A stretch of 64,000 nt of DNA from Acidimicrobiia bacterium (GCA_016215655.1 JACRIT010000049.1:10-64009), one strand, 5' to 3'. Shown: positions 9,066 to 19,150, counted from the first letter of the stretch. Made by a program: numbers and translations. Notes: generated by a model not told the origin, from the letters alone.

Positions 9066-10280
9066 ATGGGACCCATGAACCGACCCCGGACCTTCGCGGA
9101 GCGCATCGCCCATGTGGACATGGACGCGTTCTTCGTCGAGGTGGAGCGCCTTCGTCGTCCCGATCTCAAGGGACGCGCCGTCGTCGTCGGCGGCGCAGGA
9201 CCGCGCAGCGTCGTCGCCTCCGCCTCCTACGAGGCTCGGAGATACGGCGTGCACTCGGCGATGCCCATGATCCAGGCGCGACGGCTGTGCCCGCACCTAG
9301 TGGTGGTGGTTCCCGACCACGCCGAGTATCAAGCGGTCTCCGCAGAGGTCTTCTCCGTCTTCGCCGAGTTCACCCCGCTCGTGGAAGCAGTGTCGGTCGA
9401 CGAAGCCTTCCTCGACATCGCCGGGCTGCGCCGTCACGCCGCCACCCCGGCTGAGGTGGGCGAGCGCATTCGCCGGACCATCCGCCTCCGTCTCGGGCTG
9501 CCCAGCTCGGTGGGCCTCGGCACCACCAAGCTCGTGGCCAAGATGGCCTCCCGCGATGCCAAGCCCGATGGCCTCCTCCTGGTGGCGGCCGGCGGGGAGA
9601 TCGAGTACCTCCATCGCAAGCCGGTTCGGGCGTTGTGGGGGGTCGGCGAGGCCACCCACGCCCGGCTCGAGGAGATCGGGGTGGTGACCATCGGGGACCT
9701 CGCCGCTCTGCCCCGCGATGCCCTCATCCGCCGCCTGGGGGGCGCCCTGGGAGGCCATCTCGCCGATCTGGCCGCCGGCATCGACCCGCGGCCGGTGGCT
9801 CCGGGGGAGGAGACCCGGTCGATCTCGGTGGAGGAGACCTACGACACCGACCTGAGCGATCTCGGACGGATGCGCCGCGAGCTGCTCGCCCAGGCCGACC
9901 GCCTCGCGGCTCGACTCCACCACGAGAGGTTGCTCGCCGCCACCGTGCATCTGAAGGTGCGCTACGGAGATTTCACCACCGTGACCCGAAGCCACACCTT
10001 CTCCGCACCCGTCGCCACGGCGCGCGATCTGTACCGCACGACTCTGGCGCTCCTCGAGCGCACCGATGCGGCGGTACGGCCGGTGCGTCTGCTCGGAATC
10101 GGGGCGAGCGGGCTGGTTGCCGCCGACGCGCCCCGCCAACTCGTGCTCACCGAGGGGGCATGGGTCGAGGTCGAGCGTGCCATCGCCAACGTGCGCGACC
10201 GCTTCGGGCATTCGGCCGTGGATCGTGCCAGCCTCACCGGCGAAGGCGGAGACGATGGTCGGCTCCCCGGCTCCCCATAG
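9066..10280 (+). CDS. dinB: DNA polymerase IV (Y-family)
   Basis: IAHVDMDAFFVEVE start motif and SVDEAFLD; the length fits DinB. Confidence 0.9.
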   Translation: MGPMNRPRTFAERIAHVDMDAFFVEVERLRRPDLKGRAVVVGGAGPRSVVASASYEARRYGVHSAMPMIQARRLCPHLVVVVPDHAEYQAVSAEVFSVFAEFTPLVEAVSVDEAFLDIAGLRRHAATPAEVGERIRRTIRLRLGLPSSVGLGTTKLVAKMASRDAKPDGLLLVAAGGEIEYLHRKPVRALWGVGEATHARLEEIGVVTIGDLAALPRDALIRRLGGALGGHLADLAAGIDPRPVAPGEETRSISVEETYDTDLSDLGRMRRELLAQADRLAARLHHERLLAATVHLKVRYGDFTTVTRSHTFSAPVATARDLYRTTLALLERTDAAVRPVRLLGIGASGLVAADAPRQLVLTEGAWVEVERAIANVRDRFGHSAVDRASLTGEGGDDGRLPGSP

Positions 10281-10323
10281 GAGGTTGTCGGTATACTCCT
10301 CTCCCCACGGTGGAGCGTCAGCG

Positions 10324-10656
10324 ATGCCACTCGACGATAGAGAACAGCGAATCCTCGAGGAGATCGAGCGGCGGTTCTATCAGGAGGACCCGCGGCTGGC
10401 CGAGTCCGTGCGGGATGCGCGTCTTGCCACGTCGTCGAGCCACAACCTGAGGTGGGCGCTGCTGGGATTCGTGGCCGGAGTCGGGTTGATGTTCGGGTTC
10501 TTCATGTCTCAGACCATCGTCGCGCTCGTCGGATTCGCCGCGATGGTGGCTTCGGTGGCGTGGATGATCGCGATCGTGAAGCGTCGCGCCGGTGTCGCCG
10601 CGGTGTCGCCGGACTCGTGGTGGGCGCGGCTGCGGCGCCGCACGCGCAACGACTAG
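10324..10656 (+). CDS. DUF3040 membrane protein
   Basis: MPLDDREQRILEEIERRFYQEDPRLA N-terminal signature followed by two TM helices. Confidence 0.7.
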   Translation: MPLDDREQRILEEIERRFYQEDPRLAESVRDARLATSSSHNLRWALLGFVAGVGLMFGFFMSQTIVALVGFAAMVASVAWMIAIVKRRAGVAAVSPDSWWARLRRRTRND

Positions 10657-10731
10657 AGTCGCCTTCCAGGGGAAGACGGGATCGACGGCCACTGCTGCGG
10701 CCGGAGGTCGGACGAGGGAGAGAGGCCAGGT

Positions 10732-11223
10732 TTGGAAGGGTTCACGGCTCAGCAGGCGTGTCGCCTCACAGGGTGCACGGCGCACCAACTTCGGTACTGG
10801 GATCGCGTCAAGCTGATCGAACCCTCCCTCCAGAACACGGGGGGGCGTCCCGGACGTCGTCGGCTGTACTCGTTCCGCGATCTCGTGGCGCTGCGGGTGG
10901 TCCGATCGCTGCTGGACAACGGCATGTCGGTGCAACGGGTGCGGCGCGCATGGGACTACCTGCGTCGCACGGGCAACATGGACACCCATCTCGCCGAGGT
11001 GAAGCTCGTCACCGACGGCCAGACCATCTTCCGCATCGCCTCCAACGACGCCGAGCTGCTCGATGCGCTGCGCGAAGGGCAGCTGGCATTCTTCGTGGCC
11101 ATCGATGAGATCACCCGTACCGTGAAGGAGGACGTGTCGCGGTTCGAGCTCGACCGCGAGCGCTTCCTCGAGATGCTCCGCCGAGTCGAGGCCGATGTGC
11201 AGACCGAGGCCACTGGCGGCTAG
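10732..11223 (+). CDS. MerR-family transcriptional regulator
   Basis: N-terminal HTH AQQACRLTGCTAHQLRYWDRVKLIEP typical of MerR; 163 aa. Confidence 0.7.
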   Translation: MEGFTAQQACRLTGCTAHQLRYWDRVKLIEPSLQNTGGRPGRRRLYSFRDLVALRVVRSLLDNGMSVQRVRRAWDYLRRTGNMDTHLAEVKLVTDGQTIFRIASNDAELLDALREGQLAFFVAIDEITRTVKEDVSRFELDRERFLEMLRRVEADVQTEATGG

Positions 11224-11338
11224 GCAGGCCGCTGGCGGCTCGGATGACCGCTGGCTCAACGGATGCGATGCTGCGTCGATTCGAAGCCGGCGCGGGAGCG
11301 GCCGAGTTCGGCTTCGGCGCCACCCTCCCGTCGAGCCT

Positions 11339-13729
11339 TCAGAACGCCCGGCGGCTCCGCCACCAATCCGGGAGCAGCGAGGTCAGCCGATATCGTGAGC
11401 GCAGCCGCCGCCGCCAGGAATACCGCTCGGTGAGGTGGCCTTCGGTGATCTCCAGAGAGCGCGTCGCCACCGCCGCCCGGCCCGGATGCGGACCGATTTC
11501 GGGTCCGTACACCGCCTCGGCGTACACGGTGGCCAGGGGCTCGAGCGCCGGGTCGATGCGTGCCGCCACCTCCGCCGGGGTCGCACCCGTGCCCAGGGAC
11601 TCGCCGAGGTCGGTGAGCCGATCGATGATCTCCGCCCATGCCGCGGCGACATCACCGTCGGCGAGGCGACGCCGGCGCGTCAAGCGGCGCATCGCCTTGG
11701 CTGCGGGGACGAGCCCGAACAGGGCGATCGCCACGACGACCGCCGACAGCGTCCAGGCGGGGAGGCCCGGCGCCGCAAACCCGCTGTCGCCGGGGAGGGC
11801 CTCGATCGGATCGTTGAGGATCTCGAACTCGTCATCGCGGAAGATCACCGGACTCGTCGTGTCGCTGCCAAACACGGGGCGGTCGGGCTCGGGCACGTCG
11901 AGGTAGGCGGCGAGATCGAACGGGATCGCTCGCGACGTGCCCGTGGTGTCGCCGCGCGGCGTGGGATCGAAGCGCACCCAACCCTGTGTCGACATCCACA
12001 ACTCCACCCAGGCGTGGGCGTTGCGATCGCGCACCACGACGCGACCGTCCTCGAGCACGGTACCGGGCGAGAATCCGAGCACGACCCGGCTCGGAATCCC
12101 GACGAGCCGGGCCATGACCGCCATCGAAGTGGCGAATTGCTCGCAGTAGCCCGTGCGGTAGTTGGGGCTCTCCTCGTCGAGGAGCCATGCCGCCAGGTCC
12201 GTGGCACCGTGGCCGGGAAGGACCGCGGTGGAGTAGCGGAAGTTGTCGGGGTCGAGGAAGAACGCCTCCAGGGCCAGGGCTCGCTCGAAGTCGGTGCCCA
12301 GGTTGCGGGTGGTCACGACGGCGAGGGATCGGATGCCCGGATCGAGGTCATCGGGAAGGTCGAGGTACCGGTCGGCGTCGGCGAGGCGCCGCGACTCCAT
12401 CTCGGGGGGCTCGTCGGAGAAGGCAAATGCTCCGGCGTCCATGGCGTTCTCGAAGACGGGCGAGGGGCTCCCGTCGGTCCGCCGGCCGAGCACGTCGAGA
12501 TCGGGGACGGGGACCTCCGAGTCGACCGCGTAGCGCATGCCCCGGTAGGTGAGGGCGTCGAACCGCAGCGAGGCGTCGTCGGTCTTCACCCGGTACCCCT
12601 CGTGCACGGCGGTGTTGCCCGATCTCAGGTCGATTGGCGAATAGGGAGCGGGTAGCCAGTCCTGCTGGAGTGCCAGGATCGTCACGTCCGAGGTGATCCG
12701 CACCGTCGGACCGGCAAAGGCGACCGTGCTGGCCTCGAAGGAATCGAGCTCCTCCGGACGATCGATCTCCGGGCTTCCCGTGATGTGCCACTGCACGCCG
12801 TTGAATCCGTCGAGCGTGACCATCCGCCAGTACACCGTGTCGGCCGCAAGGTCGCCGTCCACCCCGACGACGAAGACCGGGACGTCGGTCTGGGAGAGCA
12901 ACTGCTGGCGAATGCCGACGAACGGGTTGTAGGTGACGCTGCCGTAGAACTCGCCGCTCAGGCCGCCGCCGGATCGCCAATCCAGGTAGCCACTGCGCGG
13001 AACGAGGCCGGCCACCGACTCTGCGGTCACCACGGCGACGCCGAGGGTGACCATGAGGGTGACGATGCCGAGGCCGGGAAGCGAGCGGGCGATGGTGCGG
13101 CGCGGATACCCCGTGGTGAGCTGACCCGTGCCGTCACGGCGGCGGTCGAGGGCGACCGCGACCAGGGCGACGCCGATGACGATCATGAACGCGGTCGTCC
13201 ACCATCCGCCGGGCTGCTTGTCCATGACGGCGAACTCGAGGTAGACCACGAGCGGGGCGAGCACCGCCAGGTACGGGCGACCGGAGAGCAGCCCCCACGA
13301 CAGCAGGGCCCCCATCCCCCAGAAGACGATCGTGAGGATGGCGATGATGCCGGCGAGCGGGATCACCGGAGCGATCCCGCTGCGGATCACGTCACGAGCG
13401 AAGGTCAGCTCGTTGCCGAGTGCGGTGAGCGAGTCCGCGGTGGGGAAGAGCCACCACGTGGTGTGGGGAACCGCCACACGCACCACCGTGAGGGCCACGG
13501 CGATGGCGTTGGCCACGACGATCAACCAGCCTCGCACCCGCAGGGTCACCCCGGTCCAGGTGATGGCGGCTCCGAGGAGCGCGGCGCCGACGAGAACCGC
13601 CTCCCAGGGGAGTCCGGACGTGGAGGCGCGCAGCAGCCGCTCAGCCCGGGCCAGGGCGAAGGCGATGCCGGCGGCGCCGGCTACCCAACTGAGGCGGTAG
13701 ACCATGACGACTCCATGGCGGTGCGCCAT
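11339..13729 (-). CDS. Transglutaminase-domain membrane protein (TgpA-like, DUF3488 plus TGc core)
   Basis: N-terminal multi-TM region, GYCEQFATSMAVMARLVGIPSRVV transglutaminase Cys core, C-terminal TM; last gene of the MoxR-DUF58-TgpA operon. Confidence 0.85.
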   Translation of the reverse strand: MAHRHGVVMVYRLSWVAGAAGIAFALARAERLLRASTSGLPWEAVLVGAALLGAAITWTGVTLRVRGWLIVVANAIAVALTVVRVAVPHTTWWLFPTADSLTALGNELTFARDVIRSGIAPVIPLAGIIAILTIVFWGMGALLSWGLLSGRPYLAVLAPLVVYLEFAVMDKQPGGWWTTAFMIVIGVALVAVALDRRRDGTGQLTTGYPRRTIARSLPGLGIVTLMVTLGVAVVTAESVAGLVPRSGYLDWRSGGGLSGEFYGSVTYNPFVGIRQQLLSQTDVPVFVVGVDGDLAADTVYWRMVTLDGFNGVQWHITGSPEIDRPEELDSFEASTVAFAGPTVRITSDVTILALQQDWLPAPYSPIDLRSGNTAVHEGYRVKTDDASLRFDALTYRGMRYAVDSEVPVPDLDVLGRRTDGSPSPVFENAMDAGAFAFSDEPPEMESRRLADADRYLDLPDDLDPGIRSLAVVTTRNLGTDFERALALEAFFLDPDNFRYSTAVLPGHGATDLAAWLLDEESPNYRTGYCEQFATSMAVMARLVGIPSRVVLGFSPGTVLEDGRVVVRDRNAHAWVELWMSTQGWVRFDPTPRGDTTGTSRAIPFDLAAYLDVPEPDRPVFGSDTTSPVIFRDDEFEILNDPIEALPGDSGFAAPGLPAWTLSAVVVAIALFGLVPAAKAMRRLTRRRRLADGDVAAAWAEIIDRLTDLGESLGTGATPAEVAARIDPALEPLATVYAEAVYGPEIGPHPGRAAVATRSLEITEGHLTERYSWRRRLRSRYRLTSLLPDWWRSRRAF

Positions 13730-14856
13730 CCGGGCGCCCAGCTCCCTCCGGGTCGCGACATCACGGTGAGTGCTCCGGCCTGGCGGAAGGGCGCGGCACC
13801 ATCCCCGGCGCGATCGGTGACGACCATCACGATGGTGCGGGCGAAGTCATTGGCGAGCACCTGGAAGGCGGTGAGGGCGCCTTCGTCGGGGATGCCGGTG
13901 ACGAAGACGAGGACGCCACCGCCGGCACCCTTGCGCCGCAGCCGGGAAACGGTGCGGCGATGATCGAGGTTGGCCACGGGCTGCACGGTGGCGAGTGTGT
14001 CCATCGACTGGTGGTACCGATCGCCCGAGCGCGGCCCCGACCGTTGCGTCGTCCACAGCTCGGGGGCGAAGCTGCCCTTGTGGAGGTGCGCCAGCGTCGC
14101 CGCCGCTCCCCGTACCGCCTGCTCGAAGGCACCGACACCCGGGTAGCACTCGGCGCGCACGTCTAGCAGCACGAGGGCGCGGGACTGCCACGGGATCTCC
14201 AGCTGCTTGATGATGAGGGTGTCGCGCTTGGCCGACGACGGCCAGTGGACCCGTCGCAGGTCGTCGCCCACCTGGTACTCGCGCAGCGTGAAGAAGTCCT
14301 CGCCGCTGTGGGGGGCGAACGTGGGGCGGATCGCCTGCTGCACGGGATCGAGGCCCCGCACCACCGGGAGTCCGATGAGCGGCTCGATGCGGGGATACAC
14401 GGTGAGCCGATCGGTCCCCCCGGCACGAGAGCGGCGCTCATTCAGCCCGAAGGGATCGAGGATCGCCACTTCGGCGGGCCCGACGGCGAACACCCCTCGG
14501 CTGCGGCAGTGGACCTCGTAGCGCGCCATCGCCGGGATCGACGGGGTGGCGGCAGCGGCGAAACGGGCGACGCCGAGCCCATGCACCGTGTCTTCGATCC
14601 AGAGGTTGCGCAGCCGGCGGGATGCGGACAGCTCGATTTCGATCGATACCGTGTCGCCCTCATGCGACTGGGTGGGGTAGATGTGGCGTGACAGGGTCAG
14701 ATTCGGCCGCGTGATGCGAACGAACGCCGTCCCGATCACCACCGCGGCGAGGAGGAAGACCGCCGTCGTCATGAGCTCCACTTCGCCGAATGCGATCCAG
14801 AGGACCAGGAGCGCCGCGGCGACCCCGACGGCCGCCCAGCCGCGCCCGGTGGGCAT
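13681..14856 (-). CDS. DUF58 (vWA-like) protein
   Basis: Sits between MoxR and TgpA; REYQVGDDLRRVHWPSSAKRDTLIIKQLE DUF58 signature. Confidence 0.85.
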   Translation of the reverse strand: MPTGRGWAAVGVAAALLVLWIAFGEVELMTTAVFLLAAVVIGTAFVRITRPNLTLSRHIYPTQSHEGDTVSIEIELSASRRLRNLWIEDTVHGLGVARFAAAATPSIPAMARYEVHCRSRGVFAVGPAEVAILDPFGLNERRSRAGGTDRLTVYPRIEPLIGLPVVRGLDPVQQAIRPTFAPHSGEDFFTLREYQVGDDLRRVHWPSSAKRDTLIIKQLEIPWQSRALVLLDVRAECYPGVGAFEQAVRGAAATLAHLHKGSFAPELWTTQRSGPRSGDRYHQSMDTLATVQPVANLDHRRTVSRLRRKGAGGGVLVFVTGIPDEGALTAFQVLANDFARTIVMVVTDRAGDGAAPFRQAGALTVMSRPGGSWAPGWRTAMESSWSTASVG

Positions 14857-15836
14857 CAGACCCTGACCCCGCTCCCCGGGACGGGGACGCCGGCGGCGAT
14901 GCCGTCGACGACCTGAGCGAGGGTGATGCCGCGCATCTGCGCCTCGGGGCGAAGGATCATGCGATGGGTGAGCACCGGTCGCAGCATCGCCTTCACGTCG
15001 TCGGGGATCACGTAGTGCCTGCCCTCGACGGCGGCGCGAGTGCGGGCGGCGCGCTGGAGGAACAACGTGGCTCGCGGCGAAGCGCCGAGGAGGATGTCGG
15101 GATCGCGCCGGGTCGCCTCCGCGGTGTCGACGAGGTACTCCTTGATCGGCTCGGCGACGTGGATCGTGCGCGCGATGGCCGCCATGCGCTGCACGTCTTC
15201 GCCGCTCACCACCGGTTGCAGCTCGGCGTAGGACGAGCCGTGACCGTGGGTTTCGAGGATGTCCATCTCCTTGGATCGCGACGGATAGCCCATCACGAGG
15301 CGCATCATGAATCGGTCGAGTTGCGACTCGGGCAGGGGATAGGTGCCTTCGTGTTCGATCGGATTCTGGGTGGCGATCACCATGAAGGGCGGCGCCAGTT
15401 CGCGGGTCACGCCGTCGACGGTCACCTGGCGCTCTTCCATCGCCTCGAGGAGCGCGGCCTGGGTCTTGGGACTCGCCCGGTTGATCTCGTCGCCGAGCAC
15501 GATGTTGGCGAACACCGGTCCCGGGCGGAAGACGAAGGCCCCCCGCTCACGGTCCCACACCGAGACCCCGGTGATGTCCGAGGGGAGGAGGTCGGGGGTG
15601 AATTGCACCCGCTGGAACGAGCAGTGGATGCTCCTCGCCAGCGACTTGGCGAGGAGCGTCTTGCCCACACCGGGGACATCCTCGATGAGCACGTGGCCCT
15701 CGGAGAGCATCGACATGACGACGAGGTCGACGACGTCGCGCTTGCCCTGGATGACCCGCTCGATGTTGCCGGCGATGGTGTCGAACTGCTCGGCGAACCA
15801 GTTCAACTCACCCTGGCCGACGGGTGGTGTGGGCAC
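14856..15836 (-). CDS. MoxR-family AAA+ ATPase
   Basis: GHVLIEDVPGVGKTLLAKSLARSI Walker A; VLGDEINRASPKTQAALLEAMEERQVT sensor motifs. Confidence 0.9.
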   Translation of the reverse strand: MPTPPVGQGELNWFAEQFDTIAGNIERVIQGKRDVVDLVVMSMLSEGHVLIEDVPGVGKTLLAKSLARSIHCSFQRVQFTPDLLPSDITGVSVWDRERGAFVFRPGPVFANIVLGDEINRASPKTQAALLEAMEERQVTVDGVTRELAPPFMVIATQNPIEHEGTYPLPESQLDRFMMRLVMGYPSRSKEMDILETHGHGSSYAELQPVVSGEDVQRMAAIARTIHVAEPIKEYLVDTAEATRRDPDILLGASPRATLFLQRAARTRAAVEGRHYVIPDDVKAMLRPVLTHRMILRPEAQMRGITLAQVVDGIAAGVPVPGSGVRV

Positions 15837-15952
15837 GATCCTCCTCGGTGGGGCGGGCGGAGACTATCAGTGGTACTCCGCTCGATGTTCGCGTTGGGAC
15901 GCCGCCACCGCCCCGGCCGGTTCCCGACACCTCGCGTCACCTTGAGTGGCCG

Positions 15953-15981
15953 TTGACGCCACGGTGGGTGGTGCCTAGGAT
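15953..15981 (+). promoter_or_regulatory. Sigma-70-like promoter: TTGACG, 17-nt spacer, TAGGAT
   Basis: Near-consensus -35 and -10 hexamers with a 17-nt spacer about 45 nt upstream of ATG 16024; GAAGGGA Shine-Dalgarno at 16011. Confidence 0.4.
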
Positions 15982-16023
15982 ACGGTTTCACCGAACCGGG
16001 AACGTGGCAGAAGGGAGTCCCGC

Positions 16024-16716
16024 ATGTCGGTCGACACCCTGCGTGACGAGCTGCTTTCGCTCCCCGGCGTGGCCGATGCCGATGTCGAGATCGAGGTCGA
16101 GGGTGCTGCCCCGGCGAATGTCCGGGTGCGCCTCCATCCCGAGGCCGATCCCCGCTCGGTCGGCGCCGATGTGCAGCGGGTGCTCGCCTCGCACGGCATG
16201 CGATCGCGCGTCAGCGGCGCCGAACCGGCGGTGGCGGCCCCGGCCGCGATACCGCCGGTGATGCCTCCACCTGCCGAGCCCCCGCCGCCCCCGCGGCCCG
16301 TCATGCCCCCGCCGGTGCCGGCACCGGTCGTGTCCCCGCCGCCGGCGCCTGCCCCCATCGGTGCCGAGACCGCGTTGGCCACGGGTGTCGTGGCCAATCT
16401 GGCCTCATTGACCGTGGAAGAGTCCCAGGACGGGGTGACCGTGGTCGCCACGGCCACCGACGGGAGGCGATTCAGCCAGCGCACGGTGGCCGCCGAGGAT
16501 GCGGTCGCGGCCGCCGTCGTGGCGGTGGTCGGAGCCCTGGCCGACGGACGCCCGCCACGGCTGCTCACCACCCTGCTCGGAACCGCCGAGGGAACCGAGG
16601 TGGTGACCGTGCTCGTGGAGCGAGTCGACGCCACCCGTGTCGCCGGTGCCGCCGTGGTCAAGGCCGGCCGACCCTATGCGGTGGCGCGCGCCACCTGGTC
16701 GGCGTTGCGCTCGTAG
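16024..16716 (+). CDS. Hypothetical protein: N-terminal alpha/beta domain, Pro-rich linker, C-terminal Ala/Val/Thr-rich domain
   Basis: Clean ORF behind a strong promoter and SD; central PPPAEPPPPPRPVMPPPVPAPVVSPPPAPAP linker; no family recognised. Confidence 0.5.
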   Translation: MSVDTLRDELLSLPGVADADVEIEVEGAAPANVRVRLHPEADPRSVGADVQRVLASHGMRSRVSGAEPAVAAPAAIPPVMPPPAEPPPPPRPVMPPPVPAPVVSPPPAPAPIGAETALATGVVANLASLTVEESQDGVTVVATATDGRRFSQRTVAAEDAVAAAVVAVVGALADGRPPRLLTTLLGTAEGTEVVTVLVERVDATRVAGAAVVKAGRPYAVARATWSALRS

Positions 16717-16740
16717 ATCCCCTCCCGGACCGCGGGCGCC

Positions 16741-17244
16741 CTAGACCGTCCGATTCGCCTCGACGGCATCGGCATCGAGGATGTGGATGAGGACGTCGCC
16801 GTCGGGCAGGATCGAAGGTGGATCGATGCGTCGCGCCCCGATGCTGCGAGCGTGTTCTCCCACCCGGGTGAGGACGTCGCGGATCAACATGCGGGCCGCT
16901 CCCGGGTCGGCATCGGCGCCGAGGAACGCGGCATCCTGCTCGGCGGTGGAGACGACCCGGATGCCGCGGCCGAGCAGATCCCAGATCATGATCTCCTGGA
17001 CGATCTGATCACCCGACAGGGTGGCGATGCCGGGCAGGAGGACGGCGTCGACGCCCCCGGCGGCCACGACGCCGAGCAGCGAGAGGTAGCCGTCGCGATC
17101 GGCGGAGCCGCGCAGGTCCTGGCACACCGCCACCACGCTCAGGCCGTGGGTGGCGGCGTAGCGGCGAATCTCCTCCTGTTGGGCGAATCCCGAACGACCG
17201 TCCGACGGGTCCGGGGATTCGCGCACATACCCGACGACGCGCAC
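16741..17244 (-). CDS. Serine-recombinase (resolvase) N-terminal catalytic-domain-like protein, truncated, no DNA-binding domain
   Basis: VRVVGYVRESPDPSDGRSGFAQQ and GVDAVLLPGIATLSGDQIVQEIMIWDLLGRGIRVVS resemble the resolvase catalytic domain; GTG start with a GGAGG SD; the upstream part of the long ORF overlaps the HNH gene and is Pro-rich. Confidence 0.4.
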   Translation of the reverse strand: MRVVGYVRESPDPSDGRSGFAQQEEIRRYAATHGLSVVAVCQDLRGSADRDGYLSLLGVVAAGGVDAVLLPGIATLSGDQIVQEIMIWDLLGRGIRVVSTAEQDAAFLGADADPGAARMLIRDVLTRVGEHARSIGARRIDPPSILPDGDVLIHILDADAVEANRTV

Positions 17245-17323
17245 CGGGACCACCTCCGCCGGCGATGATATCACCACGGAGAGTGCCGAGCCGTGCTGCG
17301 GAGCGTGGTGGTGCTGCGATCCC

Positions 17324-17812
17324 CTACGAGGCGGCGGCCCCGAGATAGGCGTCCCAGGAGGGATGCGGCGGGGCGGCGAGTCCGACGAGCAGCCATCCGT
17401 GCTCGCGCGGAGGCGTGGGGGAGGCCCCGAGCACCATCCCCGCCTCGTGCGGGGTGCGATCACCCTTACGGGCATTGCAGGGACGACAGGCGGCCACGAC
17501 GTTCTCCCAGGTGTGGAGGCCTCCCCGGGAACGGGGCACGACGTGATCGAGGTTCTCGGCGGCGCTGCCGCAGTACTGACACCGGTTGAGATCACGAGCG
17601 AACACGGCGCGCCGGCTGAGCGCGATCCGCCGCCGATAGGGGACGCGAACGAACCGGCGCAGGCGGATCACCGTCGGGATCGGAAGTGCCATGCGCTCCG
17701 AGTGCCAGCGTTGGTCGCGGGCGTGGACGAGTTCCGCCTTGTTGCCCACCACGAGCACCACGGCACGGCGCACCGACACCACGGTGAGTGGCTCGTAGGT
17801 GGCATTCAGCAC
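17324..17812 (-). CDS. HNH endonuclease
   Basis: [42 protein letters not shown] motif with zinc-ligand Cys pairs. Confidence 0.8.
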   Translation of the reverse strand: MLNATYEPLTVVSVRRAVVLVVGNKAELVHARDQRWHSERMALPIPTVIRLRRFVRVPYRRRIALSRRAVFARDLNRCQYCGSAAENLDHVVPRSRGGLHTWENVVAACRPCNARKGDRTPHEAGMVLGASPTPPREHGWLLVGLAAPPHPSWDAYLGAAAS

Positions 17813-17857
17813 GAGGGCCTGAGCCGAGCGGGGAGGGGCGAAACCGGCGGCTTTCGG

Positions 17858-18175
17858 TCAGCCTCCCTGGTTGCCGGCGACCCTGCGCGCCACGTCGCGC
17901 TGATCGGCGAGGTGGCGCCGCCGCCTCCGCCAGGATCGCCACAACCATCCGAACAGCTTGCCGCCGACGGCACCGGCGACGAAGGTCGCCGAGTACACGA
18001 GCCAACCGGGGGCCTCCCATTCGTACCCGGCCCACGCCAACGTGACGGTGTCGGGATTGGAGACGATGAGGATGACGACGGGGGTGACCACGAGAGCGAG
18101 GAGGAGTGCCGGTCCGAACCACCGCCGTGACGGGGCGGAACCGGTCGGTGTGGAGGAATGCGAGTCTGTGCTCAT
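17858..18175 (-). CDS. LapA-like / DUF1049 small membrane protein
   Basis: Single N-terminal TM (WFGPALLLALVVTPVVILIV), then TVTLAWAGYEWEAPGWLVYSATFVAGAVGGKLFGWLW and a basic tail; internal Met chosen as start. Confidence 0.5.
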   Translation of the reverse strand: MSTDSHSSTPTGSAPSRRWFGPALLLALVVTPVVILIVSNPDTVTLAWAGYEWEAPGWLVYSATFVAGAVGGKLFGWLWRSWRRRRRHLADQRDVARRVAGNQGG

Positions 18176-18209
18176 GTCCCGATGATACGCCAGTGGATGT
18201 GGGGGAGCG

Positions 18210-18944
18210 TCATGACAGCGCGGTGACGATGCCGTCCCACGGATTCCGGCCGATCCAGTCGCGGGCGTCGAGGATCGCTCCGCTGGGTTCGGGTGCCTGC
18301 GGATGGGCGAGATGGAGAAAGAGGGGGGCGATGTCGGCCGGGGTGGGGAGGGTGGCGGGGTCCTCGTCGGGCATGGCTCTCGCCCGCATCGGGGTACGGG
18401 TTCCGCCGGGGTTGACCGAGTACACCCGGCCGTGCGGCCACTCGAGTGCCAGCAGCGCCACCCATCCCTCGAGGGCGTGCTTCGACACCGCATAGGCACC
18501 CCAGCCCGGCCGGGGCAGGCGTCCCACGGTGCTCGCCATGGCGATGACCGTCGGGGTGTCCCCCCGCTCGAGGGCGGGGACGAGTTCCCGGTGGAGGAAT
18601 TGAACCGCGGTCAGGTTCACGTCGAAGACCTCGCGCCACTCCCGTTCCGGGTAGGCGTCGAGGGTGGTGCCGGGAGCGCCGAGCAGCCCGGCGGCGTGGA
18701 CCACGACATCGAGCCGGCTGCCTCCGTGGTCGATGGCGGTGGCGACGGCGCGCCGTCCCGCGGTCGTGGTGAGGTCTGCCGCCACGGTGCTCATCCCCGG
18801 GTGGTGGCGGGCCGTCTCCGCCAGGGCTTCGGGGTCGCGCCCCACCCCCCACACCGTTGCCCCGGCGTCGACGAACGCCCCCGCCAGCCCCTGGCCGATT
18901 CCCGAGGACGCCCCGGTGACGACGATGCGACGCCCGTGCAGCAC
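18210..18944 (-). CDS. SDR-family oxidoreductase
   Basis: IVVTGASSGIGQGLA Rossmann motif, NAG-equivalent, YAVSKHAL catalytic Tyr/Lys. Confidence 0.85.
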   Translation of the reverse strand: MLHGRRIVVTGASSGIGQGLAGAFVDAGATVWGVGRDPEALAETARHHPGMSTVAADLTTTAGRRAVATAIDHGGSRLDVVVHAAGLLGAPGTTLDAYPEREWREVFDVNLTAVQFLHRELVPALERGDTPTVIAMASTVGRLPRPGWGAYAVSKHALEGWVALLALEWPHGRVYSVNPGGTRTPMRARAMPDEDPATLPTPADIAPLFLHLAHPQAPEPSGAILDARDWIGRNPWDGIVTALS

Positions 18945-19089
18945 GGAGGGGAGGGTAGGGGAGGGAGGGAGATCTCAGGTCTCGGGTATCCGGTCGGGAC
19001 TCGGGATCGACGTCTTCCATCCGACACCGGAGACCGATACCCGACGTCTCGCCGACCGAACACCTGTTCCGTTTTTCCCGTTGGGCCAC

Positions 19090-19150
19090 AAAGTGGTTGA
19101 CGCGGGGCATGATGTGGGTCAAAGTGGCGAGAAGTGGAAGCGAGTGGTGG
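19090..19150 (+). promoter_or_regulatory. Candidate MraZ operator: AGTGG/GTGGG direct repeats at 10-bp spacing upstream of mraZ
   Basis: GTGG at 19093, 19114, 19124, 19134 and 19144; MraZ is known to bind direct TGGG-type repeats in its own promoter. Confidence 0.5.

Noticed and set aside
7563-9296. 577-aa minus-strand ORF
   Set aside because: Only the C-terminal 253 aa are hydrophobic membrane protein; the upstream 320 aa are Arg/Pro-rich and overlap the histidine-phosphatase gene (RHG motif) in another frame; start reassigned to 8324
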